This document shows, piece by piece, positions 11,271 through 24,239 of a stretch of 64,000 nt of DNA. This DNA is from a virus (taxonomy: Duplodnaviria; Caudoviricetes). The notes below the pieces were generated by a model that had not been told where the DNA came from, searched no databases, and was given only the letters and a program-made list of their open reading frames with translations. The first letter of the stretch is position 1, and each line of letters begins with the position of its first letter. Position numbers and translations under genes: made by a program. The stretch is from the IMG/VR virus record IMGVR_UViG_3300013936_000015, positions 72,533 through 136,532 of that record; one strand, given 5' to 3'.

Positions 11271-14015
11271 TTATGCTTGACGAATGATATAAGAACGATA
11301 TGGATTGAAGACACAAACACCAGCAACACCCATAATAACCTTCTTAGAACCAGCTACAGGAGTGGCAACTGCACCAGACTGATTACCATCAAGACCACCA
11401 ACACCAGCAATAGTATTCTGGATAAACTGGCTGTCCTTAACAGTAAACTGAGCCATTGCAGGAGTACCACTAGCCGCATCACTAGTCAAGTCCACAATAA
11501 TTCCAAAGCCTCTATCAGGATATTCCTCAGTCAAAGCTCTATCAACAGTAATATTAATACTATTGCCCAAATAGTTATAACTGTCATAGCCCATAGGATT
11601 AACCTTAACAAAACCATTAGCCTTCATAGAATACATGAAAGAACCATCGGTCTTAAACTTAGCAAGATAATCACCAAGAACACGGTTGATATCTGCATAA
11701 AGAATCTCATTAACAATGAGATTATAAGTATTACCCTGCGGCTTCTCTGCCTTACGATTCAAAGTTCTAAGAGCAGTATTCAAAGTCTCTAACATAAAGT
11801 TAACATATACACTCTTAGAAGCAAAACGTTCAATCTGAGGAATGATACCAGCACCAATATTTACTGGTCTGCCAGTAGCAGGATCAGAAATAGTACTCTT
11901 ACCATTCTTATCCATAGAACTTCTATTCAAAAGAAGTCCCTTACCACGAGCCAACATAAAGTTGTCAAGAAGAATCTTCTCCTTAGTGTCTAACTGGAAG
12001 AAGGTCTCACCCTGACCCTTAGAACCAGCCATACGGATGAACTTGTCCTCCATAATAGCAAACTGGCTTGAATAATCAATATCATTACGGAAAGTGGTAA
12101 GATAATTACGCATCTTCTGAATGTTAGACTGAGATTTTACATACAATTATGTTATCAATATATTACTATATTGTTCAGACTATATCTTTAATTATATAAT
12201 GTATTTATATATATGTCCCTTCTATGTTTTATTAGTTCCATTTAACACTTTCCATACACTTGTTCCATTTTCCTTAGCAGCAGCTGTTGCAGAATCATAT
12301 AGCTTTACTAATTCTCCATTTAAAGTATATTTACCTACTCTCTTTTTACTATTAGTTCTACCTTTGGTTTTTGCAAAATATTCTGGAACTTTCACCAATG
12401 CCCATATATATCCATATTTATCAGGTTTTTTACTAATAATGGCTTTATTAAGATTATTTTTTGGAAACTATTTTATAGCATCAATTTGTTTAAATTCCTA
12501 TAAATATTTTCCATCAGAATCATATTGATAAATAGTTCTATTTAATGTATAAATAGTGTTGGCTTCACTGTATGTGTTAGCCAATACAGTAGAAATTTTG
12601 TATCTACTATTTATAACACACCCAAAAAGTAGGGCCTAATGTATGGTAGACAGATGTAAATTTAATTTTTTTGCACACTCCATTTCTGAATTATAGGTTT
12701 TTATAAAGTTTCCAATACAATCATATATATATACTGGAACTTTATGATTATTTCCCTAATTATATAATGATATGTCTAAACATTTCATCTTATCAGTGCT
12801 CCAAAAAGAATTACAAGATTTCTATTTAGAATATATTGCATGCTATATAGCCCCATGAGTAACATTATTACTATCAGCAGCTTCTTTTATTGAAGAATAT
12901 TCTTTTATAAAATTTCCTAAACAGTCATATTGAAATACTTTTACTTTAGGGGGAATCATATATTCTCCTCCAAGTATCATATTATAAACATCTGTTCGTT
13001 TCAAAAATTCTTCATTTACTATATAATATTCTAAATCATAAGCAGATTCAGCATCATCAAAAATCTAAATAGTCTATCTTATAAATTTATCTGTACCATA
13101 TTTTTTTACTGCACATTGAAAGTATGTTTTGGGATGTTTATAGGTATATGGCTAGTGTATGTTAATACCACATCCTATATATCCATCAAAAACATCTGGA
13201 GTAAGTGTTTTATGTACTCCAACATATATTTTTTTGTTTACTAGATTAGTAGTTAAGTAAACAATCCATTTATAATTAGTTTCCATTTCCATATTTTATA
13301 TATGTAATCCTTGCGGATAGTCGTTAAACTTTATTATTAATTTGTTAGAAAATAACTAAAATAATAACCTTAGCTGCTGATTGTCCCAATATCACAGGAA
13401 TTTCCAGCAATTAAAAAACTTTATTTAATTTTACGCTACTAGTTTAGCAGCGGAGGAGAGCAATGTAAACCTACCCTCCTCAGACATCTCAGGGAATGCA
13501 TTGGACTGGAAGACTGTAAGATCACCGGGCATTGCACCGTCCATATTAATTACAGTATTGTAATCCTCACTAATAATACGAGCTTGCAACTCATACAAGT
13601 TGGTAGCCCTCTTAATAGGATGACTTACAACAATAAACTGCTGGCGAGTCTTCTCAACCTTGAAAATATCATACTTCTCATAATAACGATATGGGAAGAA
13701 GAATGTAATTTCAGTACCATCAGCACCATCACCCTCTGGAACAGCTGCAAAAGGTACTCTCTTAATCTCATTAGCATCAATCTGCCATTCTACCATAAAA
13801 CTATCAACACTCTGGAACTTATTAGCCTTCTGCTTACTATTATAGAAAATGTTACCAAGAGCCTCAGTGTAATATGTGGCAGTACACTGTGGATACAATC
13901 TACTTACTAAACCTAAATTCTTAGGCTTATCTCCAAGAAATTTTAAAAAATTCTAATAGGTACGAGTTTCACCCTGATTAAACGAGGGATTTGAAACATA
14001 ACCAATAGTTGCCAT
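11271..14015 (-). CDS. Major capsid protein, two exons (13473..14015 + 11271..12143), 471 aa
   Basis: Spliced product MATIGYV...TRTY(Q)NFLKFLG...FPEMSEEG|YVKSQSNIQKMRNY...GVCVFNPYRS matches crAss MCP motifs. Exon lengths 543 and 873 keep frame. Confidence 0.85.
12144..13472 (-). mobile_element. Group I intron in the major capsid gene
   Basis: P1 GAGGAGGGU/GCUCUCCUC with U.G at the 5' splice site; P10 UUUACAU/AUGUAAA; core P AAUUGCUGGAAA, Q AAUCAGCAGC, R UAACGACUAUC, S AAGAUAUAGUCU; terminal G at 12144. Confidence 0.9.
12192..13292 (-). CDS. Intron-encoded GIY-YIG homing endonuclease with NUMOD1-like repeats (366 aa, TAG=Gln)
   Basis: WIVYLTTNLVNKKIYVGVH...GYIGCG...YNMILGG followed by repeated VFQYDCLGNFIKEYSSIKEAA-type units; open only with TAG read-through. 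Confidence 0.85.
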
Positions 14016-14034
14016 AAATTAATTAATTTAAAGT

Positions 14035-15054
14035 TTAAAAATCTATATCATCAATACTAACAGGTTTCTTTGTATTAGGATTAATCAATGGCTTATCTGG
14101 ATTACGATTAATAACAACAGGCGGTTTATTTCCTGACTGCTTTAATCCTTCTTGATAACCAGCCTGCCGTGCATTCTTTGCTACCTGACTGATATAATCC
14201 TGTATTTGATCAAAAGTGTCTTGCCCATTTAACAAGAACCAACTGGCAGCAACAACATTCTATGGATCACTAAGTGCTTTTTGTATATAACTAACACCAG
14301 CACCATCCTTACCCAAAATAAATTGAGCAAGCTGATCTTTGTCTTCATCAGTCATTTGAATATCCATAGAACCAATAGAATTAAAATTGTCTATAGAATC
14401 AAAAATCTGATTAGCCGCCTTCTAATACTGCTCTTGTTGCTAAGCCTGATATTCTGCTTGTTCCTCTTGATTTTTTTGATCCTCTAACCCCTTATATTCT
14501 TGTCTTAATCCAGCAATCTGTTTCTGATAAGTATCAGGATTTGCTTTAGCTACTTCAAGAGCATTTTGCAATTCCTCATCTGTCATATCCTTAGCACGAA
14601 GCTGCATATCAGCAAGATATAATTCATCATCTGACAAATTATCTACTGTATACATCTTAGGCTGGGGAGCCTGCTGCTGACCCTGACTATAAATATACTG
14701 TTGATACTCTTCTGGGGATAGACCATTATCTCTTAGATAATTAATAAATTCAATCTCACTATCATCTAACCCATTCTCAGGTTCCTCATATTTAACATTA
14801 GGAGTTTTGAGAATATTAAACTTCTCATCCTCTGTTAAATCATTCCAAGACTTATTAACAACACCACCATTGCCATCATCAAATTTAATATTATTAGAAT
14901 CCTTAATTCCAATAGTTTTCAAATAATCTGAAATGGCATCATTGGTACTTGTATTATCTTCTTGGTGCTCTTCCTATTGAGGAACACTTTCTTCATTACT
15001 TTCTTGCTGATTATTCTACGAATAATCATCAAAATCCAAATCATCAAAATCCAT
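14035..15054 (-). CDS. Acidic capsid scaffolding-like protein (339 aa, TAG=Gln)
   Basis: Joins 14440..14922 and 14035..14235; D/E/Q-rich; immediately upstream of MCP. Confidence 0.6.
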
Positions 15055-15161
15055 ATTAATCCGTATTAAACATTAAAAAATTAAAATCTCTAATTTATAT
15101 TAGACATTTTATAAAATCACTCATTTGACCTTAATATAATTAATAATTATTTTTTATATTT

Positions 15162-15956
15162 TCAAATTTTTTTCACATAATTACCAATCATATTGGCAAG
15201 TTTTGTATAAAGTGGTTGACCAGAATCTCGGATACATAAATACAAAATTCCATCTTCCTTATAATATTTATCCTTATAAATTACAAGATTACCATCTGAA
15301 GGATAATCTATCGGATCATCTTTTGTACCCGACTGTTGCTCTACAATCTAAACATATAAAGAAGCAGTCTAAATAGAAGGAGGATATACCTCCTAAACAA
15401 GATGATCTTGAACAACCTTATACAATTTGTCGTCATATTGAATCTTTGTATCTTTCTTTATATTCTGACCAATAAAAGATTCCCAAGTAGGATATAAAGA
15501 CTTAACTTCAAGTGCTTGGCTATCTGTTAAAGACATAGTATTAATTGTCATAGACACAACCTTAAATACATCTTTCTACCTAGGAGTCTATTGCACAATA
15601 GGCAAAGATTCCTCAATATTAAAATCCTTCTTTACATTGGATTTAATCTCTTTTAACAAATTAAGATAGGACTCATAATCTTCTGTCATATCTCCTCCCA
15701 TCTAATAAAAATTATATGAGTTAATAAAGTCAAATTCTTCATCCTAACTCACATACTTTCTTAATACTCCTAAAACACATTTCTTATATGTAGGCTCTCC
15801 CTCTATTTTAACTGCAATAAAAGAATAACAAGAACCCGGAGTATCCTTCATTTCTTCCTATTTAATATCATAATTATAAAACCAATATCCATTTTCTAAA
15901 TCTATAAGAGTATTGGGTTTGATATTAGACTAATCTCTATTAGGATTTTCTACCAT
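15162..15956 (-). CDS. Phage protein with C-terminal CBM5/12-like carbohydrate-binding repeats (264 aa, TAG=Gln)
   Basis: ATG 15956 overlaps the RT end, TGA at 15162; motifs YDDKLYKVVQDH and GTKDDPIDYP...YYKEDGILYLCIRDSG. Confidence 0.55.
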
Positions 15957-17130
15957 AAATAATACAATTTAAAGGATATTTACAAATTAATAGCTTATTA
16001 AAATTCTATACATTTCTACTCTTAATAGTATAGGAATTTTTCTTATATATATAATGGACTTCGTAATATTTTGTTCGGGGAACAACTTCAATGATTCTAA
16101 TATTACCTTTCTTAAAGTAGGCTGTTCCTCCATTCCAATTAGAAAAATGCAAACCAGTTAATTTCTCTATCTTAAATAATAAATTCTTGGAATCACAATA
16201 TTTCAACCACCCAAAATAAGAAGATAATTTTGAAGAAAGATCATCAAATGACAATTTATGCTGCTTATATTTATTTATAATTTTGAAGATTTTTTGTTTA
16301 ATAGATTTCCTGATTTTTGTGTAATTATGATAAAACACATAACCTACAAAATCTATTCCCCTAGATTCTACAGGAAAAATTTGATAATTCCCCTTCACTT
16401 CCAGATTTAAAATATATTTCAAATAAATCTTGATTAAAATTAAATACTTTCTTAACTCTTCCTTATTATCAGATAAAATAATAATATCATCGGCATATCT
16501 AAAATAATACCTAATTTTCACTTCCTCTTTTAACCAATGATCAAAATAACTTAAATATAAATTAGCAAAAAATTGAGAAAGATAATTGCCTATGGGAATA
16601 CCATCAGTAGAATCAATTATCTCATCCAATAAATTTAATAACAGTTTGTCTTTTATCTTCTTCCTAATTATTTGTTTAAGTATATCATGGTTAATAGAAG
16701 GATAGAACTTTCTTATGTCTAATTTTAGACAATAAGTAGTCCCGATTTTATCTTTTAATGCCTTCTTTACATCCTATACACATTTATGAATACCCCTACC
16801 CTTTATACAAGAATATGTATTTTTTATAAAAATTTTATTCCATATATGTTCTAAGGTTAAAACAATATCCCAATGTAAAATTCTATCTGGATAATAAGGT
16901 AATCTATAAATCTCCCGCTCTTTAGGCTCATAAATCTTATAAACATCATACTTAGATGTTTTATATGTTCCATTTATTAGTGACTTCTATAATTTCAGAT
17001 AGTTCTCCTCTTTATGCCTGTCATGTTTAATAATTCCTATATTATTCTTTCCACGCCGAGCATTCGTATCTGCAAGCTCTATCCTCTTTAAATCACAAAT
17101 AAAAGGATATAAATTTCCAATACGTTTCAT
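15940..17130 (-). CDS. DGR reverse transcriptase (396 aa, three in-frame TAG)
   Basis: MKRIGNLY..., YSCIKGRG, LKLDIRKFYPSI, GIPIGNYLSQ (DGR-type SQ motif), RYADD. TAGs at 16987, 16774 and 16006; TAA at 15940. Confidence 0.92.
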
Positions 17131-17247
17131 TATGTTATTTTGGAATTTTCAATAAAAATACTTACTAATACCATTTTTTTATAAAAACTACGATATCTTT
17201 TGCCAAGAGGCAAGGTTATTATATTAAAGATATTGTTTAAACATAAT

Positions 17248-17350
17248 AAGAGCGAAACCCGATATTCGACTAGGAGACTAGAAGAGAATTGTTAGAGTTG
17301 AAATGAAACAACCTAGCATTAGACCAATTGTTAACGTTACTGCCTACTAG
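17248..17350 (-). repeat. DGR template repeat (TR)
   Basis: 103-nt ungapped match to 17405..17507. All 18 mismatches fall at TR adenines (coding strand); 8 AAY codons; TTGCC-TCTT-GGCAA hairpin in the TR-RT spacer (~17200-17214). Confidence 0.95.
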
Positions 17351-17390
17351 TATATTAAGTTTCAATATAATAACCTGTATTTAATATAAC

Positions 17391-19682
17391 TTATTTAAAT
17401 ATAGAAGAGCGAAACCCGAGAAGCGACCAGGAGACCAGAAGAGAATGGTCAGAGCTGAAATGAAACAACCCAGCATCAGACCAAGAGTCAACGCCACCGC
17501 CCACCAGGCAGCTTCTAAGGTCCTCATCTGCTGTACCTACATAGTGATAATCACACAAACCTGTAGTAGTAGAGCCTTTAATGTCTATTGGGAAAATATT
17601 GCCCTCTGATCCTAAATCCATTTGAGTTGAATAGCCTGCCTAATGCAGTTCTTTTCCCACCTAATCCATTGTTTTCATTGAGGTTCTATCATGCTCACTT
17701 CCGTCCGATTTACAGTACTTGTCAGGATCTCTCGTAGCATATACTGTATTATAAGAGCCTCCAGATTCATTTGAAGCGTCAATAACAATTCCATCAAGAT
17801 TAAGACTAACATCTCCAAATAAATTTTCATACCCTCTCCATTTAAATGGATATTCAGTATCTGCCGGATAACTTAATTCTGTTGTTGTAGAACTGTCACA
17901 AAATACCGTGATATTACAACTTGTCTTGTCTGGATCAACTATATTATAACCTCCAGCATCTTTTATATATGTAAATCCCTCAATCTATATTCTAAACCCA
18001 TTAAGAGTTATTGTTTGAGGAGTTTCTTGATTATCTTTTGTGAAAGTAATCTTATTAGTACTTGACTCCTATATTATCACTTTCTAATCATCTACCAGAC
18101 CAGTAACATGAAAAGTAGCTTCTCCACTTCCATAAATAGCAGAATAACCCCAATAAGCATTTGGTCCATATACATTCGTACAAGTAACTGACTGCCCATC
18201 AGAAGAAACTTTCCAACTACTAGAATAATCTAGTAATATCTTACTAGTAACAGAGGGCTGGTGATAATATCGTCCAATAGCATCTCTATTACCAAAATAT
18301 ATTTTCTATGTACTAACAGTAAATGCTGGAAGTTCTAATTTTTTAATATTAGTAGTACTGCCTAAATCATCTAAATATCCATTAGGACATACAGAATAAT
18401 AATTATTATATGATAATGGGTTATTTACAGTAGTAACTCCCATTCCCATTCCTCCTTGATGCAGTCCACCTGCTGTAAGAGTAGATTTAAAACCAGCTTG
18501 AGAATTAAAAGTGGCATATTCAATCACCCATAACCAAACAATATCTTTATAGTTATAATAAGACATTATTTCCATACCAGCATTTCTGCAATATGTTCTC
18601 ATTATATTTCTATTGATAGCCGTTCTACATTTACCTAAGTCTGAACGGTATGGATCTGTTTTTAGATATTTGTCATAATCAGTTCTATTGCCACCTCCTC
18701 TACAATAGGTACTTGTATTATTAATACTGACTGCTGAATTTACTGGTAAGGTACTTAAATACCCCATATTTTTAGGTACAGTGTTTAATACTGTAATTCT
18801 GTATGCACTATCATATCTTGATGGTACTAAAGTCCATTCATTACCGAGATTCTCCTAAGCAATCTTTACTTGATTATATGTATTATCTCCATCTTCCACA
18901 TTAGTTTCACTTAGAATATAATACTGTGGTATATCTAACATTACTTGTCCATCATATCCTGATAAATCGGATCCTAAATAACACGTGAATGGAGTGTTAA
19001 AGACACCAGAAGTTTCCAGACTGGCTTCTACATTCATTCTAATAAATTTATCTGAAGTAGTAGCTGAATCTAGAATAACTACCTCTGTAATCTTAAATGG
19101 TTGTTTAGTATCAAAATTATCTTTAATTTGAATCCAGTGATCAACTAATCGATTTTCAGCTTGTTCTAAATTAGAGATGTCTGAAAAGTTCTTTATATTG
19201 ACGCTAACCTGTCCAGAAGCTGTTCCATTACTATATGTAATCTCTCCAGTCCCTTTAATCTCTGTGGCATTTTTTCTGAATCTCCAATCTTTAGGATCTA
19301 AGTCATACATTTTTGTCTTAGAAGATTTAGTAGACTGGACAATACAAGCCTTTATCTAAGATTGGATAGGTAATTCTCTATGATAGTCAAAATTACCGAT
19401 CCTTTCAAGAGTAGGATCTTTATATGTAGTAGACCATCTTACTCCATACCATTTATATACTACTGGTGGAGAATATGTTTTCCATATTGGCTTAGTTCCA
19501 TCTGATTGTAAAAACAACCCATTACCACCTTCATAACCAGAAGGGACAAATAAAAAGTCTTTCCCCTGTGTTTTTATTTCTTCATATCCATTTTCTGAAA
19601 CAAAAGCAATATCGGTGTCTTTAACATCTGTTTTAGTATTTAATCCAGATTTTGTTTTTGCATTTATAAGTCTTATAGCCAT
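17391..19682 (-). CDS. DGR target: tail fibre/receptor-binding protein (763 aa, TAG=Gln)
   Basis: Four track ORFs (19356, 18855, 18306, 17391) share one frame and are separated by TAG; WVIEYATFNSQ and C-terminal VR. Confidence 0.85.
17405..17507 (-). repeat. DGR variable repeat (VR) at the 3' end of the target gene
   Basis: Encodes LVGGGVDSWSDAGLFHFSSDHSLLVSWSLLGFRS (C-lectin-fold-type GG...GFR tail); 12 A>G, 4 A>C and 2 A>T changes relative to TR. Confidence 0.95.
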
Positions 19683-19683
19683 A

Positions 19684-19863
19684 TCAATCTACGTTTACCC
19701 AATATACATATGTAGCGTTTGTCTCTACACTTTTTAATTTATCTTTCTCGTCTTTAGTATAATCATTAGAAGATAAATCATAACCCTCTCTTTTATCTAC
19801 CTTTTCCTTTATTTTATTAACAAGTGCTGTAGTACCACCTGTGCTTAAATAATTATATGCCAT
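19684..19863 (-). CDS. Small fibre adaptor protein (59 aa)
   Basis: MAYNYLSTGGTTALVNKIKEKVDKREGYDLSSNDYTKDEKDKL..., containing the KVDK..G..LSSNDYT fibre motif. Confidence 0.55.
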   Translation of the reverse strand: MAYNYLSTGGTTALVNKIKEKVDKREGYDLSSNDYTKDEKDKLKSVETNATYVYWVNVD

Positions 19864-19864
19864 T

Positions 19865-20740
19865 TTATGTTTTACCTAATTGAGTTATAATATTAACATA
19901 AGTTACACCATTATATGTAGCAGATATTTTTACACTCCGTGGATTAGTAGAAGTGTTATCAGACAGCCAAATATTCCAATAATTATCTGTACTAGTTACC
20001 CAATCGGGTTTACCATCAGGAAAGTCTAATACTCCCCAATTAGAAGAATACGCATCCTGCGGTTCTGAAGCTCCAGAGGTATAATAGCTCCAATTACCTA
20101 CCGCTAATACTACTTCTGAACTAGCCCACCAGTCTTTATGTCCACCAAGTGATTCCATTTTATCGAAATCCTTATAAACCTCACTATTACTTCCAAAATC
20201 CCAAGGAATATTAGATAAAGTAATTCCATCTTTTAATGGATAATCAAACTAAATGTCAATCCCATGAGTAACTTTCTCTAATTTGTTTTCTTCTTGAGAT
20301 ACTGAAATAGTTCCAGATGATTTATTCCCAAAATAATCAGTAATATTAACTAATAGGCTTACAGACCTTTCTTTTCCAATAACAGTTCCCCTATTATTAA
20401 TATGTAAATTACCTTTTTCTAAAGTAATCCAATCTGGAATATCAGATATTTCTATATCTTTATATGATTTTATATATGGAAATGTATTTACATTTAATGT
20501 AGTAACATCAATAGTTGGATTTTTTAAATATTCTATATCTGCAATATATTTATTAGAATACTCTGGAATACTATATATAGAAGTCTATCCTCCTACTGCA
20601 GAAAAGGTAAAAGTAGACTATATAAATTTCAACTAATCACTTGTTATAATTGGATATAACGGCTGTATGGAATATCCAGAAGACCATATCTGTTTATTAT
20701 AATAAATATCATTTACTTGCTTGTCACCAATATATATCAT
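19865..20740 (-). CDS. BACON-like Ig-fold domain virion protein (291 aa, TAG=Gln)
   Basis: Extends 19865..20158 to ATG 20740; W(I/V)T...N...R-S-V and ITQ motifs occur twice. Confidence 0.5.
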
Positions 20741-20958
20741 ACTGTTACCAAATAAATAGTATTCTTGTCCTTAGTAGCTAAAGCATTGTATTCCGATTGA
20801 GATATCTGTACTATTTTTAAACTAGAATTATTATTAGTAAGAGCATTTAATCTCTCAGATAATGATGTAATTGTAGTATTAAGAGTTGTAATCTATTTCT
20901 ATAAATTTTTAATCTCCTCTGCCAACGCTTCAGTTCCTTTTAAACCCAAATATTTCAT
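20737..20958 (-). CDS. Small coiled-coil fibre adaptor (73 aa, TAG=Gln)
   Basis: MKYLGLKGTEALAEEIK...ISQSEYNALATKDKNTIYLV; ATGA overlap with the next gene. Confidence 0.5.
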
Positions 20959-20969
20959 ATTTTTATATA

Positions 20970-21008
20970 AAAAAAAGAGTACCCCCTTATAAAGGGGGTA
21001 TTCTCTTT
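20970..21008 (-). terminator. Intrinsic terminator
   Basis: GAGTACCCCCTT-ATA-AAGGGGGTATTC hairpin with A/T tracts on both sides. Confidence 0.65.
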
Positions 21009-21860
21009 TTAAGCAAACATTGCAGTTACATCAGCGGCGGTAATTTCAACCATATCGTCTTTTGCCACCTTAGTTGCAATAGCATCAGTATTAGCTTTTT
21101 CAGCAGCTTTTGCACGAGTAATTTCAGCAGCGAGATCGTCTGCATTACCCTTAATAGTGTGAGTAGGAGTCTATCCGGGATCCTCACCATAAATAGAGTT
21201 GATAGCAGAACGTCTATTAGTTACCTCTTCACCTACTTCAGTGTCAGTATACTCCTTAGCTTCTGCCAAACTATCGGTAATGGCTTTTGCATTAGCTGCT
21301 TCTGCAGCTTTTGCTCTAGTAACCTCGTTATCAATATTTGTCTGAAGTGTAGTATCTGCAGCTGTTCTATCTTTAACCTCTTGTGCTAAATCACTAGACA
21401 CTGTATTAACAGAAGTAGTAAGAGTTCCCTCTGCCTTTGTAGCACGAGTAGTTTCTGCAGTAATAGCATCAGCATTCGCCTTTTCTGCCGCTTCTGCACG
21501 AGTCTTCTCTGCACCTACTTGTTTATCAGTATATGCCTTAGCATCCGCAAGTGCCTGATCACTAGTATAAACAGCTTTCCAACCGTCAGCAGTCTTTCTA
21601 CTCTCCCAATTTATTAATTGATAATAAGCACCATTTCCGTTCCCATCGGCATCAAGAACATACCATCTCTGACCAAGAGCATCATTATTGGTGTTCTTAC
21701 CATCAATAGAAAGCTGCCAATCAAAAAGGCCATAAAGGGCTTCAAGATTACTTACTGATTTGTGACTAATTACCTCATCTGCATATACAATACCATATCC
21801 AGTAGATGTAAGGTTATTTGAACGTAGGGTATTTGCCTAACTTAAACCAATTCTTGCCAT
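21009..21860 (-). CDS. Coiled-coil tail fibre protein (283 aa, TAG=Gln)
   Basis: Repeated ExTRAxAAE units; ATG 21860, TAA 21009. Confidence 0.65.
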
Positions 21861-21894
21861 ATTATTTATATTTCTTTTTAAAGGTTAATAATTA

Positions 21895-23082
21895 TTATGC
21901 AATATCTAATTTAGCGTTAGTAAATGCGCCTTTCTTAACACTGGTGTATACATAGTATGTATCAGAAGCACCGGTATCTGGATCAGTAACAGTATGTTCT
22001 GACCGAGTGAAACCATCAGCAAGCAATGGGGTGGCATCATTCTGAACAATCTTTGTAAGAGCACCAAGACTCTTTGGATATGCATATACAAAATACTCAT
22101 CTGATGCTACAGTTAAACCTGTAATTACTCTATTTCGACCGCTTCCAGTCTCATACTTCTTTGTACCAGATGAGGGAGTAGTAATAGCATCAAGCAATAT
22201 AGCATCAGTAAAAGAAGTTGTTCCCATCCAAAGTCTCTTATAAACAAAAGAAACACCTACAGATTTAGAAGTAGTATCAACATCAGAACCAGAAGCCCAT
22301 TTGATAATGCCATTATTATTTACAAGTCCCTGCTTTGGAGCTTTTACACTAGCTGTAATAGTAGTATTGCCTGTTACTGTAGTAGTATATGCAGAAGAAA
22401 GAACTCCAGATGCAGGAAGAGCTGCACTACCCCAATTACCGCCATTCATAGCAGTAGGATCCTTGTGATTATCATCATGAGTCCATTTCATACACCCATT
22501 AAAGGTTACTTTGTAACCCTTTAAGACAGAAATGCTTCCTGTGCCACCAAGGCCCTCTACAACAGCACCCTTTTCACCGGCCTTATTGACAGTCCATAAA
22601 GATGAACTACCATCAACAGGGACAATAGAAGGAGTAACAAGTGGAAGGTCTCCATTTTTAATAGCATCGATATCCTTTCTGTTTGCAGCTCCCTTATCTC
22701 CAGCATAAGCTGTAGAAGTTGTTTCTCCAAGAGCAAGAGACTTACTAATCTCAATTAAATCAGAACCAGACCATCTATAGGTAAGCTCTGTGTCTTTAGT
22801 AACATAAATCTTACCACTTTCGGGAGTAGTCTTTGTCCAAGTCTTACCGTCAACAACGAACTGATATAATTGCTTTTTATCTGAGATATAGTACAACATA
22901 CTGGCATCCCGATTATCTGTAGGAAGTTCTGACTCTTTAATAATACTAGTAATCTCGATTACATCATCCACATAACTAGGAAGCTGGTTGGCAGGAACTA
23001 ATCCATCCACAAGATCTGCTTTTCCTTTAATTCTATTTACCAACTCCTATGTACCTGCTTCGCCTAAAAATTTATAAGCCAT
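21895..23082 (-). CDS. Tail fibre/baseplate-like protein (395 aa, single TAG at codon 12)
   Basis: GLVPANQLPSYVDDVIE...GKIYV...YRWSGS...LALGETTSTAYAGDKG fibre motif. Confidence 0.7.
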
Positions 23083-23108
23083 AATTATTAATGATAAATT
23101 TTTTATTT

Positions 23109-23312
23109 TTAAAACATCTCTTTTACTTCATCTGCTGTTATCTCTCCTAACTATTCTAATATCTTATTTAATTCTGATGCGTCAGGGATTGAAATAGATC
23201 CCTATAAAGGCTCTCCTTTATATACTAGCTGATAACTAGTAGACCCATCAGAAGAACTTATCTTCTTAAAGTACAAACCTTTAAGAATATGTTTATCAAT
23301 GCAACATTTCAT
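23109..23312 (-). CDS. Small hypothetical virion protein (67 aa, TAG=Gln)
   Basis: ATG 23312 to TAA 23109; ends GEITADEVKEMF. Confidence 0.45.
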
Positions 23313-23474
23313 ATATAGTCTTTATTTAAATAATATTCCATTAATAACCTTTGATTATCTAATAGAGGATATAAATCAAGATAATTAATTTCATCCATTA
23401 TTAATGAATATTCATCTTGATACCCTCTTTCTAGTCTTGTAAAGAAATGTAGATATTCTTTAATAACTTTCTAT

Positions 23475-24239
23475 TTAAGACTGTCTATTACATCCGCATC
23501 CAGAAGATCCTGTGTCGGACTAGTCTGATGAATTACAGAATCCTCCACAATAGTTGATTCTTTCTAACAGCCTCTGAGCTTCTAATAACTAGTCATTGTC
23601 TACATAATATTTAATAGCATTAATAGTCATCCAAACAAAATCCCTCTTAAATCTAATATCATCTAAATTAGTTTTAGAAGGACACTTCATATTAATGCTG
23701 TCGAAAATAGTCTTGCTTAATTTTAAATAACATTCAAATATCTAACAAATAGAAAACTATTCTATAGATATTCTAGATATAGTAGTACCTTCCTAGTTTA
23801 TCTAAGTAAGAATAGAAGGCTCAACAGATACTAACTTGCTATCTTGCCAATGATATATGCAATTACCATCGGTAACATAAATAGAAAGATTCTTAGTAGT
23901 AATATTATTATCTTTCTATAATTGTGTTTCTAACCAGTCAACAGTAGGTAAAATAAGATGATGAATTATATAATATCCATCAGAGGGAAATGTATAAAAA
24001 GCCTCATCCTCATTATCTGTATGCCCAGAATAAATAGTACCAGTTATTGTAGATTTTTCAGTAGTTACTTTCTCTATAATGTTAATAGTATAAGTGTCAC
24101 TGTATTTATATACATTCTCCTAATACTGTTCTGTCGTTACTTCCTAATCTTCAGCTATATATTCTGAAGTTTTTCGAGAAGTATCAATTATATGTAAACC
24201 ACATTTCTAAGTTTCATGTATTTCTATCTGAGGTATCAT
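23475..24239 (-). CDS. Conserved crAss structural protein with Cys-rich C-terminus (254 aa, TAG=Gln)
   Basis: ATG 24239 overlaps the previous stop; RDFVWMTINAIKY...CGGFC...GCGC. Confidence 0.55.

Noticed and set aside
13431-13472. MCP N-terminal ORF ending RFTLLSSAAKLVA as a separate gene
   Set aside because: This tail is intron P1/P10 sequence; splicing restores the conserved EEGYVK junction.
7523-13910. Antisense and alternate-frame track ORFs (e.g. 7680..8126, 11277..11792, 12199..12528, 13584..13910)
   Set aside because: Shadows of codon-biased real genes, with no motifs or leaders.
15940-17130. Retron or group II intron reverse transcriptase
   Set aside because: GNYLSQ motif and adjacent TR/VR pair with adenine-only mismatches identify a DGR.
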